Assembly (NCBI GenBank): GCA_965202585.1
Contig: OZ241829.1
Coordinates: 19,778,001 to 19,842,000, forward strand
Length of the DNA stretch: 64,000 nucleotides
Reading direction: 5' to 3'
DNA from: Thalia democratica
Taxonomy: Eukaryota
Of this stretch, positions 39,831 to 53,500 are shown in pieces. The notes under the pieces were generated by a model that worked only from the letters and a program-made list of their open reading frames with translations, was not told where the DNA came from and did not search any database. The translations under genes and the position numbers were made by a program. How positions within the stretch are numbered: the stretch's first letter is position 1; the number at the start of each line of letters is the position of its first letter.

Positions 39831-42451
39831 ACCAGACTGATAAAAAGACTCCTCAAACAGACTGGCTTGCAACTTTTTTTGAGATTTATTGCGGTTTTAA
39901 TGAGTTTTCAATACTTCCCTAAATTAGCTTGAGTTTTTGAATAACTGTAGGTCTGTTAACACAAGCCATGAAGTATACCTACTACACTGGCTTTAATAAA
40001 GCTTTTTTTGCAAATCTAGATAGCGTTAAAAAGCTTAAACAACCTAAGTTTCTAGGTTTATAAACTTTCATTATACTTGAATAATTTAATTCTGAAACAT
40101 TTTAAAATGACGTTATTTTGTAATACATAAGGTTTCTGAGCTTGATATTACAATATTTAATAACTTCTAACTAAATTAAACGGAATTGGAAAAACTAGTT
40201 AATTTTATTTTTGTTTTTTGTATATAGTTAAAACTTTGTATTACTAAATGAAAAGCTTGTTTTACACAAATTAAAGCGCTAATTAAATTATATAAACATT
40301 TATATTCGTAACTAAACAAACAGTGAACGTATGTTCAACTTTGTTTTGTAAGTTTTTTAGACGTTTAAAAAAAAAAAAACTTCATTCAAATCATGTTTTT
40401 AAAAACTCAAGTGTTGAATACTTTCTTATCTAGGCTTAAAACTTTTCCATTAGTTATTGATAGCAAGGTTCTTAAAAAATACGTAGCTTTATCTGTGTAT
40501 AATGAATTTAAAACTTATCGTTTACATTTTTATGGAATTTGTAGACTTTTGATACAATTTTGAAGATACTTTATCAAGTATGAAAATAAGAAAGTTTCTT
40601 ATTCTACGTTATATAATTGGTAACATGTTTATATGTAATTTGAATAAGTTCTACAAAATTAACTAGTTGTAGATTTGTTAATTTATGCGTATGTTTTTCT
40701 TTTAGTTTAAAGCTTTCAGCAAAATTTAATCAACTTTAGATGTTTGCTATAAAATAGCAACAAGAACTTAAAAACAGCAAACTAATTTTATACAAAGTCA
40801 AACAGACAAGCTTTCTAAAATTATTTAATAGATTCTTAAGAGTTCCAGACAGCATAATTAAATCCTGTTAAGTTTTGTACACAAACGAATTTAAAGAAAC
40901 AGTTTTAAATAAATAAGTTCTCCGTTTAATAAAATAGCTTAAATTAGATAAATTGTGAAGCACAATTTCATGAAATGAATAAATGTGTAAAAATACTAAC
41001 CTTAGAAGTCTCTGTAAATTAATCCAATTCGTATCTGATACAGTAAACACTAATCCAAAAGCTTTAAAACCAATATAGTTTATTGAAAGTTTCCAAATCA
41101 AAAACTAAATAATAACTTCTGAAATTTTATATAAATAACTATAAACAAAACCTGATAGCCACAGCGCTACATGATAATAATGAAAAGGAAAAAGTAGTTA
41201 AACTGATAATTAAGTTGAGACAAACATAAACAGAAGCTAATTATATTTATAATGATTAATTAGATTGAAGCCAAAAAACTAAGATTTACAACAATCAAAA
41301 TTAGTATAAACAAAACTAAGTATGTATATCAACTGAAGCAAAATAAATTGGTGGTGTATATTTCACATAAAACTAATTATGCTTTGTTTAAAAAATTTAA
41401 TCCGAAGTTAACGAAGCGTATAGTTTTGAGTGCCTGTGTATAAAATTACGAATTGTTTAACTTCTTAAGTGTTTTTAGCTTGAACTATTTATCCAGTATA
41501 CTCCTTAATTTTGTCTTCAAACAACTATTTTTATAATTTTTGGTGTATAAAGTTTAAGAAGAGAGAGCATTTGGAAAATTAAATTAGTCAAACATAAATT
41601 CATTTACTTTATTTAAACTTTATATAATGTCAGTTTTAAGATTGCTTTAACTAACATTATAAGTAAATTTTATTACTTAAACTTTTATTTAAACTATTTT
41701 TAATGCCTGATATTATTAGTTTAATCGGTTTAAGGAACAAAAAACCATTTAAATAAAGTATTTATTTTGCTTTTGCAATCACTTTGCTTGGACCTTAAAC
41801 TATAAATTAACTTACAAAATATTTGCTAAGCAAAGCTAAAGTATTTAATTTCGTAAGCTAAAAAAGTATTCAAAATTAACTATTAGTACTTGTCTTTAAA
41901 GTTTAATCCAAATTAAGTTAAAATTTTAATAAGCTAGAATTAAAATAAAACAAATAAACATTTACAATGGATAAGGAAATACAAAAGTAGTTGTGTATTA
42001 CAATTTTGAAACAGAAAAGCTATCATAAAATATCAGTTTAGAATTGACTGTGAATTATGAACTTGGCTGATTATTTTAAAATGAGTCAAATTAAAACTTA
42101 AATTTTATTTGCAACTGAAAAACTCACATCCTGACAAAAGGTGTTTCCTATAACATTTCAAACTTAAATGCAAAAAGCTGAAAATAAAGCTAAAGCTACA
42201 AGATTTGCATATAAACTGCTACAAGAATGTTTGATTAGAACAGAACTAACTTTATAAGTATTAAAAAATTTTTATCTTTAAACAAAAACTAACAAAAACG
42301 ATTACAAAACCAACAAAACAACACTAAAGCAAAACATGATTATTTTTCTACAACTCAGCTTTCTACCAGGCAGCTTTCTCCGCACAATTTCCGCTCTAAA
42401 CACAATTAAAGTGCAAAGTCTTTTGAAACATAAAATCTGCCTGCTGTATGT

Positions 42452-42468
42452 TGTGTGTGTGTGTGTGT
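42452..42468. repeat. (TG)8 microsatellite
   Basis: Read directly from the sequence. Confidence 0.9.
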
Positions 42469-43619
42469 ATTAACTGATGTGTTTGAAAAGCAAATACAAA
42501 AACAATTTCTGCCACACTCTTAATTCTCTCTTTCTCCGGTTTCAGTGCTTTCCTTTCTGCCTAGCAGCACAAAATTCACTGGCTAACTTTTATATGCTGA
42601 TGATATATGCTTTTGAAGTTTTGGTAAATAATATGTTTAACAATAAAATAAGTTTAAATCCTAAACGTGCTGCTTTAAGTTTTAAATATAACTTAAAAGT
42701 GAAAGTATTTAAATATAAATTTTAACTGATACAATTGGTTTAAAACCAAAACTAGTTAGAAAAACTTTGATTTTTTAAGTTAAAATACAGATTAAGCAAT
42801 ATAACATAGTTAAATAGAATTAGGTATTTATGTAACAATATTTGCCAACTTTAATAATTAAATTAATATTTAAAGCTTGTGAAAAGTTAGTTAACTTTCA
42901 ACCATTGTGAAACTGCTTAAGATAAAAGCTGTACAAAATTAAATTAATAACCTTTAATACTTAAACTGAATTAAACTAAGCTTAATTTACCTCATTCCAA
43001 ACATAAAATTAGATGTCTAGAGAATGTAGACTGAAATAAAAACTATTAAACTTTGATAGTCATTAAACTACCTTGGTATTACTTTCAACTACTTTTTAAC
43101 TAGTCAGCAAAAAAAGTTCATACTTTAGCTTTTCAGTTTCTATAAGGACAAGCAATATAACAAAGTTGCAAAACAAATAAACTAATTAACTGTGTTTAAT
43201 CTTTGTTAAACTTCTTGTTTTAGAACTGCAACAAGTTGTTATTGAAGTCACAAAAAAAAACAACAAATGTATTTGAATTTTGATAATTAAAATAAAACTT
43301 AAGTGAGTGAGTTACAAAAACAAAATGTTTGTGAAGCCTTTAACGTTTAAAACAATATAAAACTAAAATTACTTTAGTATATTTTAGTTTATATATAAAA
43401 TATAACTATTAATACTTCAAAACTTCCATTAAAACTTCTTAATCAAAAACTAACACAACTTAAACTTGAAACTGCCATATCAAGGCAAGGTTGACCGCAC
43501 ATTTCGAAATCAATTGTACCTACACTGCCACAAGCATTCCTGCGGAAATCATTCCAAATTCTTTCGCACAAGCTTCCAATCCAGAAAAAAATAAAACTGT
43601 AAAAAAAACTTTGAAAAGC

Positions 43620-43910
43620 ACCTTGAATTACGGGCAAGCAGAAAGATTCGTGTACATACAGCAGGGAAGCGCGTTCGAAAGCGAGAGAGGTGAAAATTCG
43701 AGAGAGCGCGTGACGTAGCGAGGTGTCATCAGAAACGGCAGAGCTTTATTTTTTTTTTGCGCTCTGATCACACAAGTTTTGTGAAACGCTGAAGCCTTGC
43801 GAATAATGCCTTTCAGTTTTCTCCGCTGCCTCTCGGCCGATTTCGCTCGCAGACGCCGCGTTTAGTCGGGCTTTTCAGTGCGAACACCAAGGTGGTGATT
43901 GGAAACAGTT
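43620..43910. promoter_or_regulatory. CpG-rich island; candidate alternative promoter
   Basis: Many CpGs; CRE-like gcgtgacgtag at 43708; CCAAT (gattgg) near 43898; minus-strand donors downstream at about 43632, 43519 and 43455. Confidence 0.5.
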
Positions 43911-45639
43911 TTGAAATATTATTTGGTGCTCAACAGGGACATATATTTTTGAAGTGAAACAGTAAAAGTGGAACTTGAAAGCAGGCTAGTTTGATGTTGC
44001 AAATTAAAGTCTAAAAGCACTAAGACCGACCTGAATTATGTAAAATAAAAGTATTTAGTTTTGCTACTATTCACATGGAGAAAATTAACCATTAAAGTTT
44101 GCTTAACTATCTTTAATATATACGGATATTTTACAAACTCCAATTTTAACAATAAAAGTAATTTTAGTATTAAGTTAATCAAAATATAGCTACATTTTCA
44201 AAATTGAGTAATGAAAAGCAAATAGTAAATAGCTTAAATGACATTTACTTTTGAAAACCTTAGAGTTGATATATTTTATCTTGTTTTTGAACATTTAAAT
44301 GATTAGAAATGATTTTTTATAATCTTAAACAAGAACGTGTATTGAACAAAAAAACAAACTTTATAGTTTTAGTTATTTTTAAAATACACAAGGAACTGTG
44401 GTAATCTTTACATATTTTGTTTTCCGACGAAAAGGTAAATCTCAGTTTAATCTTCTTGTACATTTCTCCGTATTACTTTGAAAATAAAAACAGCTGTCTA
44501 GAACAAAAACAACATTTCTTTCAGACAGATATTTCAACTCCCTTTATCAATATAAAGCATATTTATTTTATGACTTATCTAGAAGTATACTTACTTGTTA
44601 AAAACCAACAAATTTATGGCATAAGTTTTTGTGCTTAACAAGAGTTTTTAGTCATATAAGCACTCAAAGAATTGCTTTTTTTTGTGGTTTTATTTAACTT
44701 TGTTATACAAAATAAGATTTAAAATACAAGCTTTTAAAAAAAATAGATAAAATGTTTCTAAAATTAAGTTTGAAAATTAAGCTAAAATTAAAAAATTGTT
44801 CTTATTTCGTTTACATTCCTTAGTATAAAAGCTTTAACTTTTATTGCAAACTTACAATGCTTATCAATATTTTTTTTTAATAGTTTTAATTTAATAGCCC
44901 TGAGTGTTTAAACAAAAACTAACGACATTAACTTTCCATCTTAGATTGTAAGTACAAATCAGAGCTTAAACAATAACAGTTTAAATTTATATTAATAGTC
45001 ACACAAAAATTGTATATACTTCAAACCAAAAACTTAACTGTTTAGGCTTACATTCAAAGCTTCCATCTCGAAAACAAACACAACTAAATGCAAATTAGTT
45101 CTGAAATTTACAAGCAACTTATTCTTTATACTAACTTATAAAGACGCGCTTATTTTTGACAAGTTATAAAGCACAGAACAAGATTTCCGGCTTTTCTATT
45201 GAAAAACACTAGAAGCTGCAGCACAAGTCATGATCAAGTTAAATAATATCAGCTGTGTATTTTTTGACTTCAAGCAAATTCATTTTCAATTTTCATTAGA
45301 AGCTTAACTGTTTGAAACTCAAAGCTGGTTTAGGAAAAGTAAATTTGTAAAGCAAATTTAATCCACAAAAAAAAACAATCATAAAAGACAGCGGATTAAA
45401 CAATTTAAACCACCTTTTTTTTAGAAATCTAAGCAGAAATAAAAAGAAATTTAGCTAAGTTAAATTCTGGAAGCTTAAAAAAAATAACAAAAGTTTAAAT
45501 GAAAGTCTATCATCCGAAGCCTAAACTATCTGAAAACTTTTAAAAACACAAATTTTTTCTAAACAAAACGTGCAAGGCAGACGCAAGCTGCAACAAAGCT
45601 TTAATGATCACAAGACAACAGAAGGGCACAAATAAAACA

Positions 45640-45900
45640 AAATCTCAGCGAGCAATCGCCAGCGCGCACACAAGCAGGGCGCACATATCAGCTAATCAAA
45701 ACTTTTTCCTTTTGAACAAAACAATACTGCGGTGCATCGGCGAACGAGATGATTTCTCGTTTTTTTACTTCAACTTGTAGCACAGGCGTTTCGAATTGTT
45801 TGTGTGGCTTTCATGTTGTTTCATAAGCTTTTTGAAAACTTCGCCCTGTGTGAACGGAAAAGTTTCTGGTTGAAGGTTGAAAGCTTGATATGAAGCTAAC
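45640..45900. promoter_or_regulatory. Moderately CpG-rich island; candidate enhancer
   Basis: gcgcgcacac and gggcgcac motifs; no coding frame. Confidence 0.3.
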
Positions 45901-48900
45901 CGATATGTGTATGACTGATATTGCTTCAGTCTTTCCCTCTTGCTAATGTTTTAATTTAGGCTTCAAGCTTACTCAGAAACACCAAGTGCTTTTAGTGAAA
46001 AAATTACTTCAGAACCGAAATTATCCATATGTTTTGAAAAGTCAAGTTTTCACCTAGTTTAATCATAAGATATATACCTTTTAACAAAAAACATCACTGA
46101 CTCTAAATCAAGTTTTTGAAAGTTTGTTTTCCTGTTTCTACTACAACAGTATTAGTTTAAATAACACAGAACAGTATACATTTAAAAAAACAATTGCTTA
46201 TTATTAACCAAAAAAGAAAAAAAGGAAGAAAAAAAGTTATAAAACTAACAACTATCTCAAGTAGTTCAAACAGCCTTGTTGAACAGAGTCGCCCTCTCAA
46301 GCAGCAGCATAATGAAATATCTTTCGAGCAATTAAGCAAATAAATGAGCCACCTACAGCGTGGCAAACAAGAAGCAACGACTGGCACTTTTCATGCTACT
46401 TTTGTGCAGTTATTTTCCATGATGCTCTGTTACACTAGGCGCTCTAATGCTAGCTGCTGGCTATTGCTTGATGGGATTTCGTTAAAGTTGCAATTATCTG
46501 ATTCTAGTTTTTTACTACAAAGCTGTGGAGGTGTTTTGTAAAAATGTACGAACTGTTAGGCTTAATTTTATTTCAAACTAAAGTCGTTTTATGGAATATT
46601 GGTTAAAAATGATAATGTATGGTTTAAATGTATAAAGTGAATTCAAACTTGCTTTAAACTATAGTCTGTCGTTTGAAACAAAGTTTTAATGAAAATTGAT
46701 CTTGTGAATTAGGTTTGTTTAAATTAAGAAAACTAACTAAGTTTTAATTTGCTTACAAAACTACTTTAATCAAATTGTAAATAATAAATACACAAGTTAA
46801 GCAATTGTAAAGTACATAAGTTACTTGAATTCCAACTAAAAGTAAAGAGACCGTTTAAAATATTTAAAAAACATCATTTTTTGAGTTGTTCCATTAAGAA
46901 ACTTTTAAGTTTTACTTGTTCATATAAATTAAGTTAAGATATAAAAATAATCTGCAGTAACATTTAACCTTTATTCAATCCTTGGTTGTAACGTTAAAAA
47001 ATCTTTTAGGAAGGCATGACTAAATCTTTAAACCCTAAATAGTTTAGGAGAAATTGGATATATGTAAATTAAGTGATACAGTTTTTAGTTTTCCATAATT
47101 ATTTTAACTCTAACTGCTAACCCTTCAAGCTATAATTCTAATAAAATGCTAGTTATATCTCAAAGCTACCAATGGCAGTAAAGCTAATATAAAAACATTG
47201 GTTAAACTCATAATTTTGTTATAATTAAAGCTTGCTTTCAAGTCAACTAAGAAACTTTAGAGGTAACATTAACATTTGTAAAACGTTCAAACCAAGCTGT
47301 TTCACTTCTATCAATGCACATAAGCTTTTAATATGCTTCTAGTAGGTTCATAAGCTATTTTGTGTAAATAAAATGCACTGCATTTAAAGGCTAATTCTTG
47401 TAAAATGCAAGCAACACTGATTAAAGCTAAAAAGTTCGAGCTTATTTTCGAAATAAAGCACACAAAAACTTTTAAAAGTTAAATCACAACTTTAAAACAT
47501 GCTTAATAGTACAACTTTCTGTTACAAGAAAAAGGCTTTAGTTTATAAGCTATTAGAAAATTATGATAAGAAAACGGTTTTACTACCTGATAAAAACAAG
47601 TTTATGTAAGATAGCAAGGTGCTTTTGTGGCAGCAACAGATAGAAAACACTGCGCAAAAAAGCACTTGTCTAAAATTGCTCCCTAACAATAATGTACAAA
47701 TAAAGTTATGCAAACTGAACAAGTTTTAAGCAAACATTTGCCTGGTAGCCATTCATTAGCAACGGTTTATAAAAGATATAAAAACAAATTTCGCTTAAAT
47801 ACTTTGGAAAACACTGTACAAACGCTAATCAAACAAAGCTTATTCAGAAGCAAGCATTTTTCTTTCAATAAACAACAAGCATAAATCTAAAGGCATTAAA
47901 CTATTTTATGAGCTGCCTCTTTTGATAAGAACATTTGATTTTAAAACTTTTTAATTATTCATTGTGTAAAACTTTTAACACAGTTGTGCTTTATATTCAT
48001 CAATATCATAAACACAACATATTTGTAACTTATTTTACTAGCTACTGCTTAAATACAAAATAAAACCAAATTTCAACTTTTTTAACAACTTCCTTTGTTC
48101 AAACAAAAACTAACACTTTCGGTTAATAATTATAAGAGAGACACGGCTCTAACACAAAGCGCAAATTTTCACTTGTAATTCAACACTAAATATCTTTCTA
48201 CTTGAGCTGCGTTCAAGCCTCCCTTTGAAAACGTTCTAATTCAAGTTTGAAGAGAATTTGTTCAAAGCAAATAAACAGCACCAAAGCACAGCCAGCATTG
48301 GAAGGGATAAGCAGAAAAAGTTACATAAGGCAAAGCAGAGCAGTTTAAGCAAGCTTGAAAAAGAGCCACTCTTGCTTTGCATCATGACGCATGAATTAGA
48401 GTCTAGTGACCTGATGCTTGTAAGATGGTTTAATTTGAGAGCTAGTATCTGAGCTCTTGATGTTTGAGTTGCTTAAGAACGCATGAAATGTAACTTTGTA
48501 CTAAATGTAAGTAGGTTTGAATGAGGCCAGTCAAAGAAAGTTTAAGCATATTGCAACAAAAATTTATTATAAAGGGTTATATTAAGTCCAATAAGAGTTG
48601 ACTTTTATAATTTTTAATGTTTTTAAACTTAAAACGAAGCGCTTTAAAAAAAGTTTAGTAACACAAGTCTAAAAAGAAAATATTACAAAACTTAACAAAC
48701 TAATAAACAAAACACTCTTATGTTTAAAAATATTTTTCTTAAACATTTTGTAGATACTTTAGCAAAAAAACCTTCAAACTTTTATGAAAACAAAACAAAT
48801 TTTACTTGCAAACAACTTACGTTCTACCAAATCAGATAAACCTTTGTAAGTTTTGTAGAATTAGCAGCTAAAAAAAGTTAAGCAGTTCACTTCATGACGC

Positions 48901-51165
48901 ACGGAATTGAATCGAATGACCCAATGTAAGTTTTATGAGAAATTTATTTTGAGAGTTTTGAAGTTGCAAAGCCGAAGCAAAGTTGCTTGAGGTTGTTTGA
49001 AAAGTTGCTTTTTGCGTGAGCCGGTTTATAAATACGTTTCAAGTGGATTGCTAACGAAAGTTTAAAGGTAAGGTTGAAGAAATTGTATCACTGTAAGTTA
49101 CTTACGTATTTAAAATGTTTTGAAAGTTAGTTAAGGTTGAAATTTAACTTGATTCTCAAATTTAAAATTTTGGTTAAATTTGAATCTTTGAAATTGTAGA
49201 AATAACTAATAGTATAATAAAATGTAAATAATAAATGGGAATTTTTAAAACAACTTTTAAATAATTAAAACGTTTAAAATATTAAATTAAATGTTTAATA
49301 AAACTGAGTGTGTGTCAGGTGTAAAAGATTATACTTTTTATTTATTACATAATCTTGAGCAATGTTTTTTTAAGCTATTTTAGCAGTAGTATAATTTCTT
49401 ACAACTATATAATAACATTGTAAATTGAAAAATTAAAAGCTTTAAACATCGTAGCAAACTTCTTAAAACAAATAAATCAATTCTTAACTTTGAGTAAAAA
49501 AAGGCCTGAAAGCAGTAAAATGTTATTTTGGCTCTTCTAAGCTCTCAGCAAGTTTAAAGTATATTGGAAAACAATTTAGCTAACCTCACTACAAAATTTT
49601 AAATTTCAGCACTAAATATGTTGGAATAAGTGTTTGAAATGTTCAAGTTTATTAGGGTTTTACAGGAAAAATATGTTAGTTTGAAACAACCTTGTAACTT
49701 TTATTTAAACTACAAATGCTTAATATTTTCAATAAAAACTTTTATAAGCTTTTTGATAAACATAAATTTTTAAGGCGTTCTTTAATTTTATTTAGTACAG
49801 TTAATAAAACGATGTTAAACTTTATTTCTGAAAATAAACTAGTCGTAGTAAATTTAAAACTACTTATAACATTTCATCTAATGAAAAATTAAAAATCGAC
49901 TGTAATTGACATTATTTCTGCTAAGTTATCACAGAAATCACGTATAAAGTTAAGTTCTATATAAACAACCTTCATCCTAACTAAAACGTGGTATTTAATA
50001 ATTAATACCTCTTATTTAGAATGAGGTCAAAAGTTTAGTGTGTCTCAATAGATTTGAACTATAAATTTATAAACAAAACTATTCAACCAAAAGTTGTTTC
50101 GACTTGTTTATAGTGTACAAAACTTAAAAAACAAAGATATAATCAACATATATTACCTTCAGAGCGATATTCTTTTATGAAGAATTAAATTACAAAACTA
50201 AAAGTATACATATAGAACAAGCTAAAGTTTATTTTACAAACTTTTACTTTTTAAAAACAAGTTCTTAATAAACTGTAAGTATAAATAAAATAACCACATA
50301 ATGAAAGTGCATTTATAGTGCTGTTATAAAATGCTATTAAAAAGAAGATATACTTTAAAGTAGTTGTAAAACTGTTTTAATAGTTTTAATAAATCAATAA
50401 ATAATCGAAAACCAGAAACAACAAGCAAACTTTAATAAGTTCTACATATTTTGTGAATACGTAGCTTAACGACAACTTAAAAATATTTTTTTAAAAGAAG
50501 AAAAACTTTTATTAAGCATAAAATAAAGTAATAAATTATTTGGCATTATCATACAACAACAAAAACTTTCCAACGCTCTACTTAATGTGAAAAACTTTTA
50601 AATTGAAAAGTTAAAACATATTAAATCTTCAACAATTTACGCAAATCTAAAATAGATCATTATTTAACAACCGCAAACTAGAGTTATAAAGTTCTACTTC
50701 ATCCGTCTAACCTGTAAGAAAGCAAAACAGATCAATTCATACGCGGTATGTATACAGAGCTTTTAAACTACACAGATTAATAATACATAAACAAACAAAT
50801 AAACTCTGACCGAATTAAAATAATAAAATAGGAACATAAACCCTACCTATTTGTAAGATTATTAAGAATAGGAAATTAAAAAAAGCAAAGCTGCAAAGAG
50901 TTATTCTACACACAAAATATAATTTATTACCTTGTCAAAAAAACCTTTCACAGAGCTCTACTTAACCTAATAAACCTGCGAAAGCAACAAAGCTTTTCAC
51001 CATACGTGGCCGGTCAAAACAAAGAGGTTTATTCTGAAATCAAAAGCGGAATTACCAGCCTCAGAACACAAACCACTGCTAAGCTTCTGCTGTGTGGAAG
51101 GTCGTTAAAAAGTATTTTAAATATTCGCCACTTCCCATCTACACAAGTGTTTTACGTCTTTAATA

Positions 51166-51181
51166 TGTGTGTGTGTGTGTG
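51166..51181. repeat. (TG)8 microsatellite
   Basis: Read directly from the sequence. Confidence 0.9.
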
Positions 51182-53081
51182 GCAACGCATTAATATTGCT
51201 TCGAATTATGTGGGAGCGTTTTGATTTATTACTTTTCTTTTTCAGACAATTTATTTTTGCTATACACGGCTTTTTGAGGTGTTTTTAGTTTGAATATTTA
51301 ATAATTTTCAAGGTGTAATTAAAATAGTGTTTGAAAAACGTTTTAGACGGGCAGTTTCTGTGTTTTATGTGGGCAAATTATGAAGTGTCTTAATATTTCC
51401 TTTAACCCAAAAACTTATTTAATTTTAAGTTTAATTTTTTAAGTTGAGGATAAATATCTAAAGTTATTTTTTTTTAATTGAAACTGACTTTTTTTTCAAA
51501 AAAAAAAAAGCGAAGTATGAACATAGATCAGTATGTTCTTTAAAGGAATTCAATCTATAATAAAAAAATAAAACTTTTGGAATTATTTTGATTTATTAGT
51601 TTTGGTGTAAACAAGTCAGCTTTTTAGTTTATTAAACACAGAAGTTGAAAAAGTATGAATAAAAAGTTTTTAACATTCTAAACCCAAACTAATTATTTGA
51701 GGATTAATAGAATTATGATTTATACCTAAACAGAAGAAAGGAAATCCTGAATTTTAAATGCGATTACTATTAAAACATGACAGTTTCTACTGACTAACGA
51801 GATTTAACCGGGCTATAACTAATAACTTCACGGATAGTTAGCATGGAGCCTTCAAAACAGAAAAAAAAATTGTTTACTTTATAGACCAAAACTAAATAAG
51901 CGTTCATAAGCTTAGAATGTAAATAAAACAAGCAAATGAACAGCATGTTTTTTGACACATATTTACCTAATTTAATTCAACTAATTTTGTTAAATGTTTC
52001 CCATAAGAATTTGTCAAAGTTTCAGCAGTTGTAAAACGAGTTTAATGATTATTGAAAGCATTTTAATTAGCAAGGTCTTGTTTTTGTAGCAAACTTCTCA
52101 GGAATAAATGCCCTCAAACAAAAATGCTAGCAAAAATAATGTTTAACCTGTGTTTTATGCACGTTTATGTTATGAAAACAGTCTCTAACTAATTGTAATT
52201 TCGTGCTTTAAAACTTTTAGCATAATTGCAACACAGTATGCTAAGTCGGTCTAAAAACCTTTCAAAAACAAATCAGTGTGAATTACAAAAATTTAAATAC
52301 ATGATCCTTAATAAACTATATAATTTAAACATACAATCTGGCTATAATGCGCTGTCACAGTGATTTTTGGGGCTTTTTTAATGTTTTTATATGCTAAGTT
52401 TGAGGCATTTTAGAGCTTTTAGGCTACTTTTGGAATTTATGATGGTGAAAAACAAAACTAAATTTGAGCTATTTATCTACTTATTTAAACCAAACTGCAG
52501 GCAGAAAGTGTGCTTTAAATAAAACTAGGTTGTATATTAAATTGAACTTCTAAACTTGTTTTAATTGAATTACAATTTGAAGTTTAAAGCAACTAAAATT
52601 TTTCTTTAAACCACTTTAAATAAAAAGATTTAGCTTTCAGATTATCGAACTAAATATAATTTGTTTTCCAAACTATAGCATGGCAAACATATTTCTAATA
52701 GCTTAATTAAATATTTTACCTAACAACTAGTTAATTAATCCATAGTAAACAAGCCTTTGTTTGATAGATAAAATTATGCAATAAAATTTAGATAAAATGT
52801 GCAATTTTTAACATAGTTATTATCAGTTCAGATCATTTGAAATTAAAGTTTAATAAACTAAAAATATGTTTTATATATATAACACCTTCAATTTTAGCTG
52901 TTGTTGTTTGAATTTCTAAGCTTCTATTAAGTACCAAATACTAAACACAAAATTCACACCTCTTTATAGTTTTGAATTAAACTTTAACTTTCAAGAGGCA
53001 CTAGAAATATTCGTAAGCAACTTTCTTTAAAGCAGAACAGAATAATATTGAAAAGTTTGATTCAAACATTGGCTTTCTTAC

Positions 53082-53500
53082 ATCGAGTCAAAACAACATA
53101 GTCGATGTCTTGTTCGCGATGAAAAGTAATATTCAAAAGGAAGCGATTGAAAAGCAGAATTACACAGAGAGAGGGACATTAAACAGAGTATCGCAAGTAC
53201 ACGAACAAGAAGCCGGCGATAAGCAAAAGTTAAAACCGAGGAAAATCAAAGATAATGAAATGAGTTGCGAACGACTGAAATGGGGCGAAAGTGCGAAATC
53301 GCCACTTCTTCTGCGAAACGATGATGCTTGTGCTGGTGACACGAAATTTTTTTCAGCTTTTTTTTTTTGTCGTTTGAAACTGTTTTTGCTCGCTTGCGTG
53401 TTGTGTTCTTCCAAAAGGCTTTTATTGATTGGGAACGCGCGGATTATTCATTTTTCTCGGAAGAAGCGCAAATTTTGAAGGTGAAGATGGAATGCCATAG
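53082..53500 (-). promoter_or_regulatory. Candidate alternative promoter with non-coding first exon (about 53276 to 53082)
   Basis: Minus-strand Initiator-like TCAGTC at 53278-53273, CCAAT near 53430, CpG-rich, donor ctcgat|gtaaga at 53081. Confidence 0.5.

Noticed and set aside
43665-43690. gttcgaa as a tRNA T-loop / B-box
   Set aside because: No cloverleaf stems or A-box at the right spacing.
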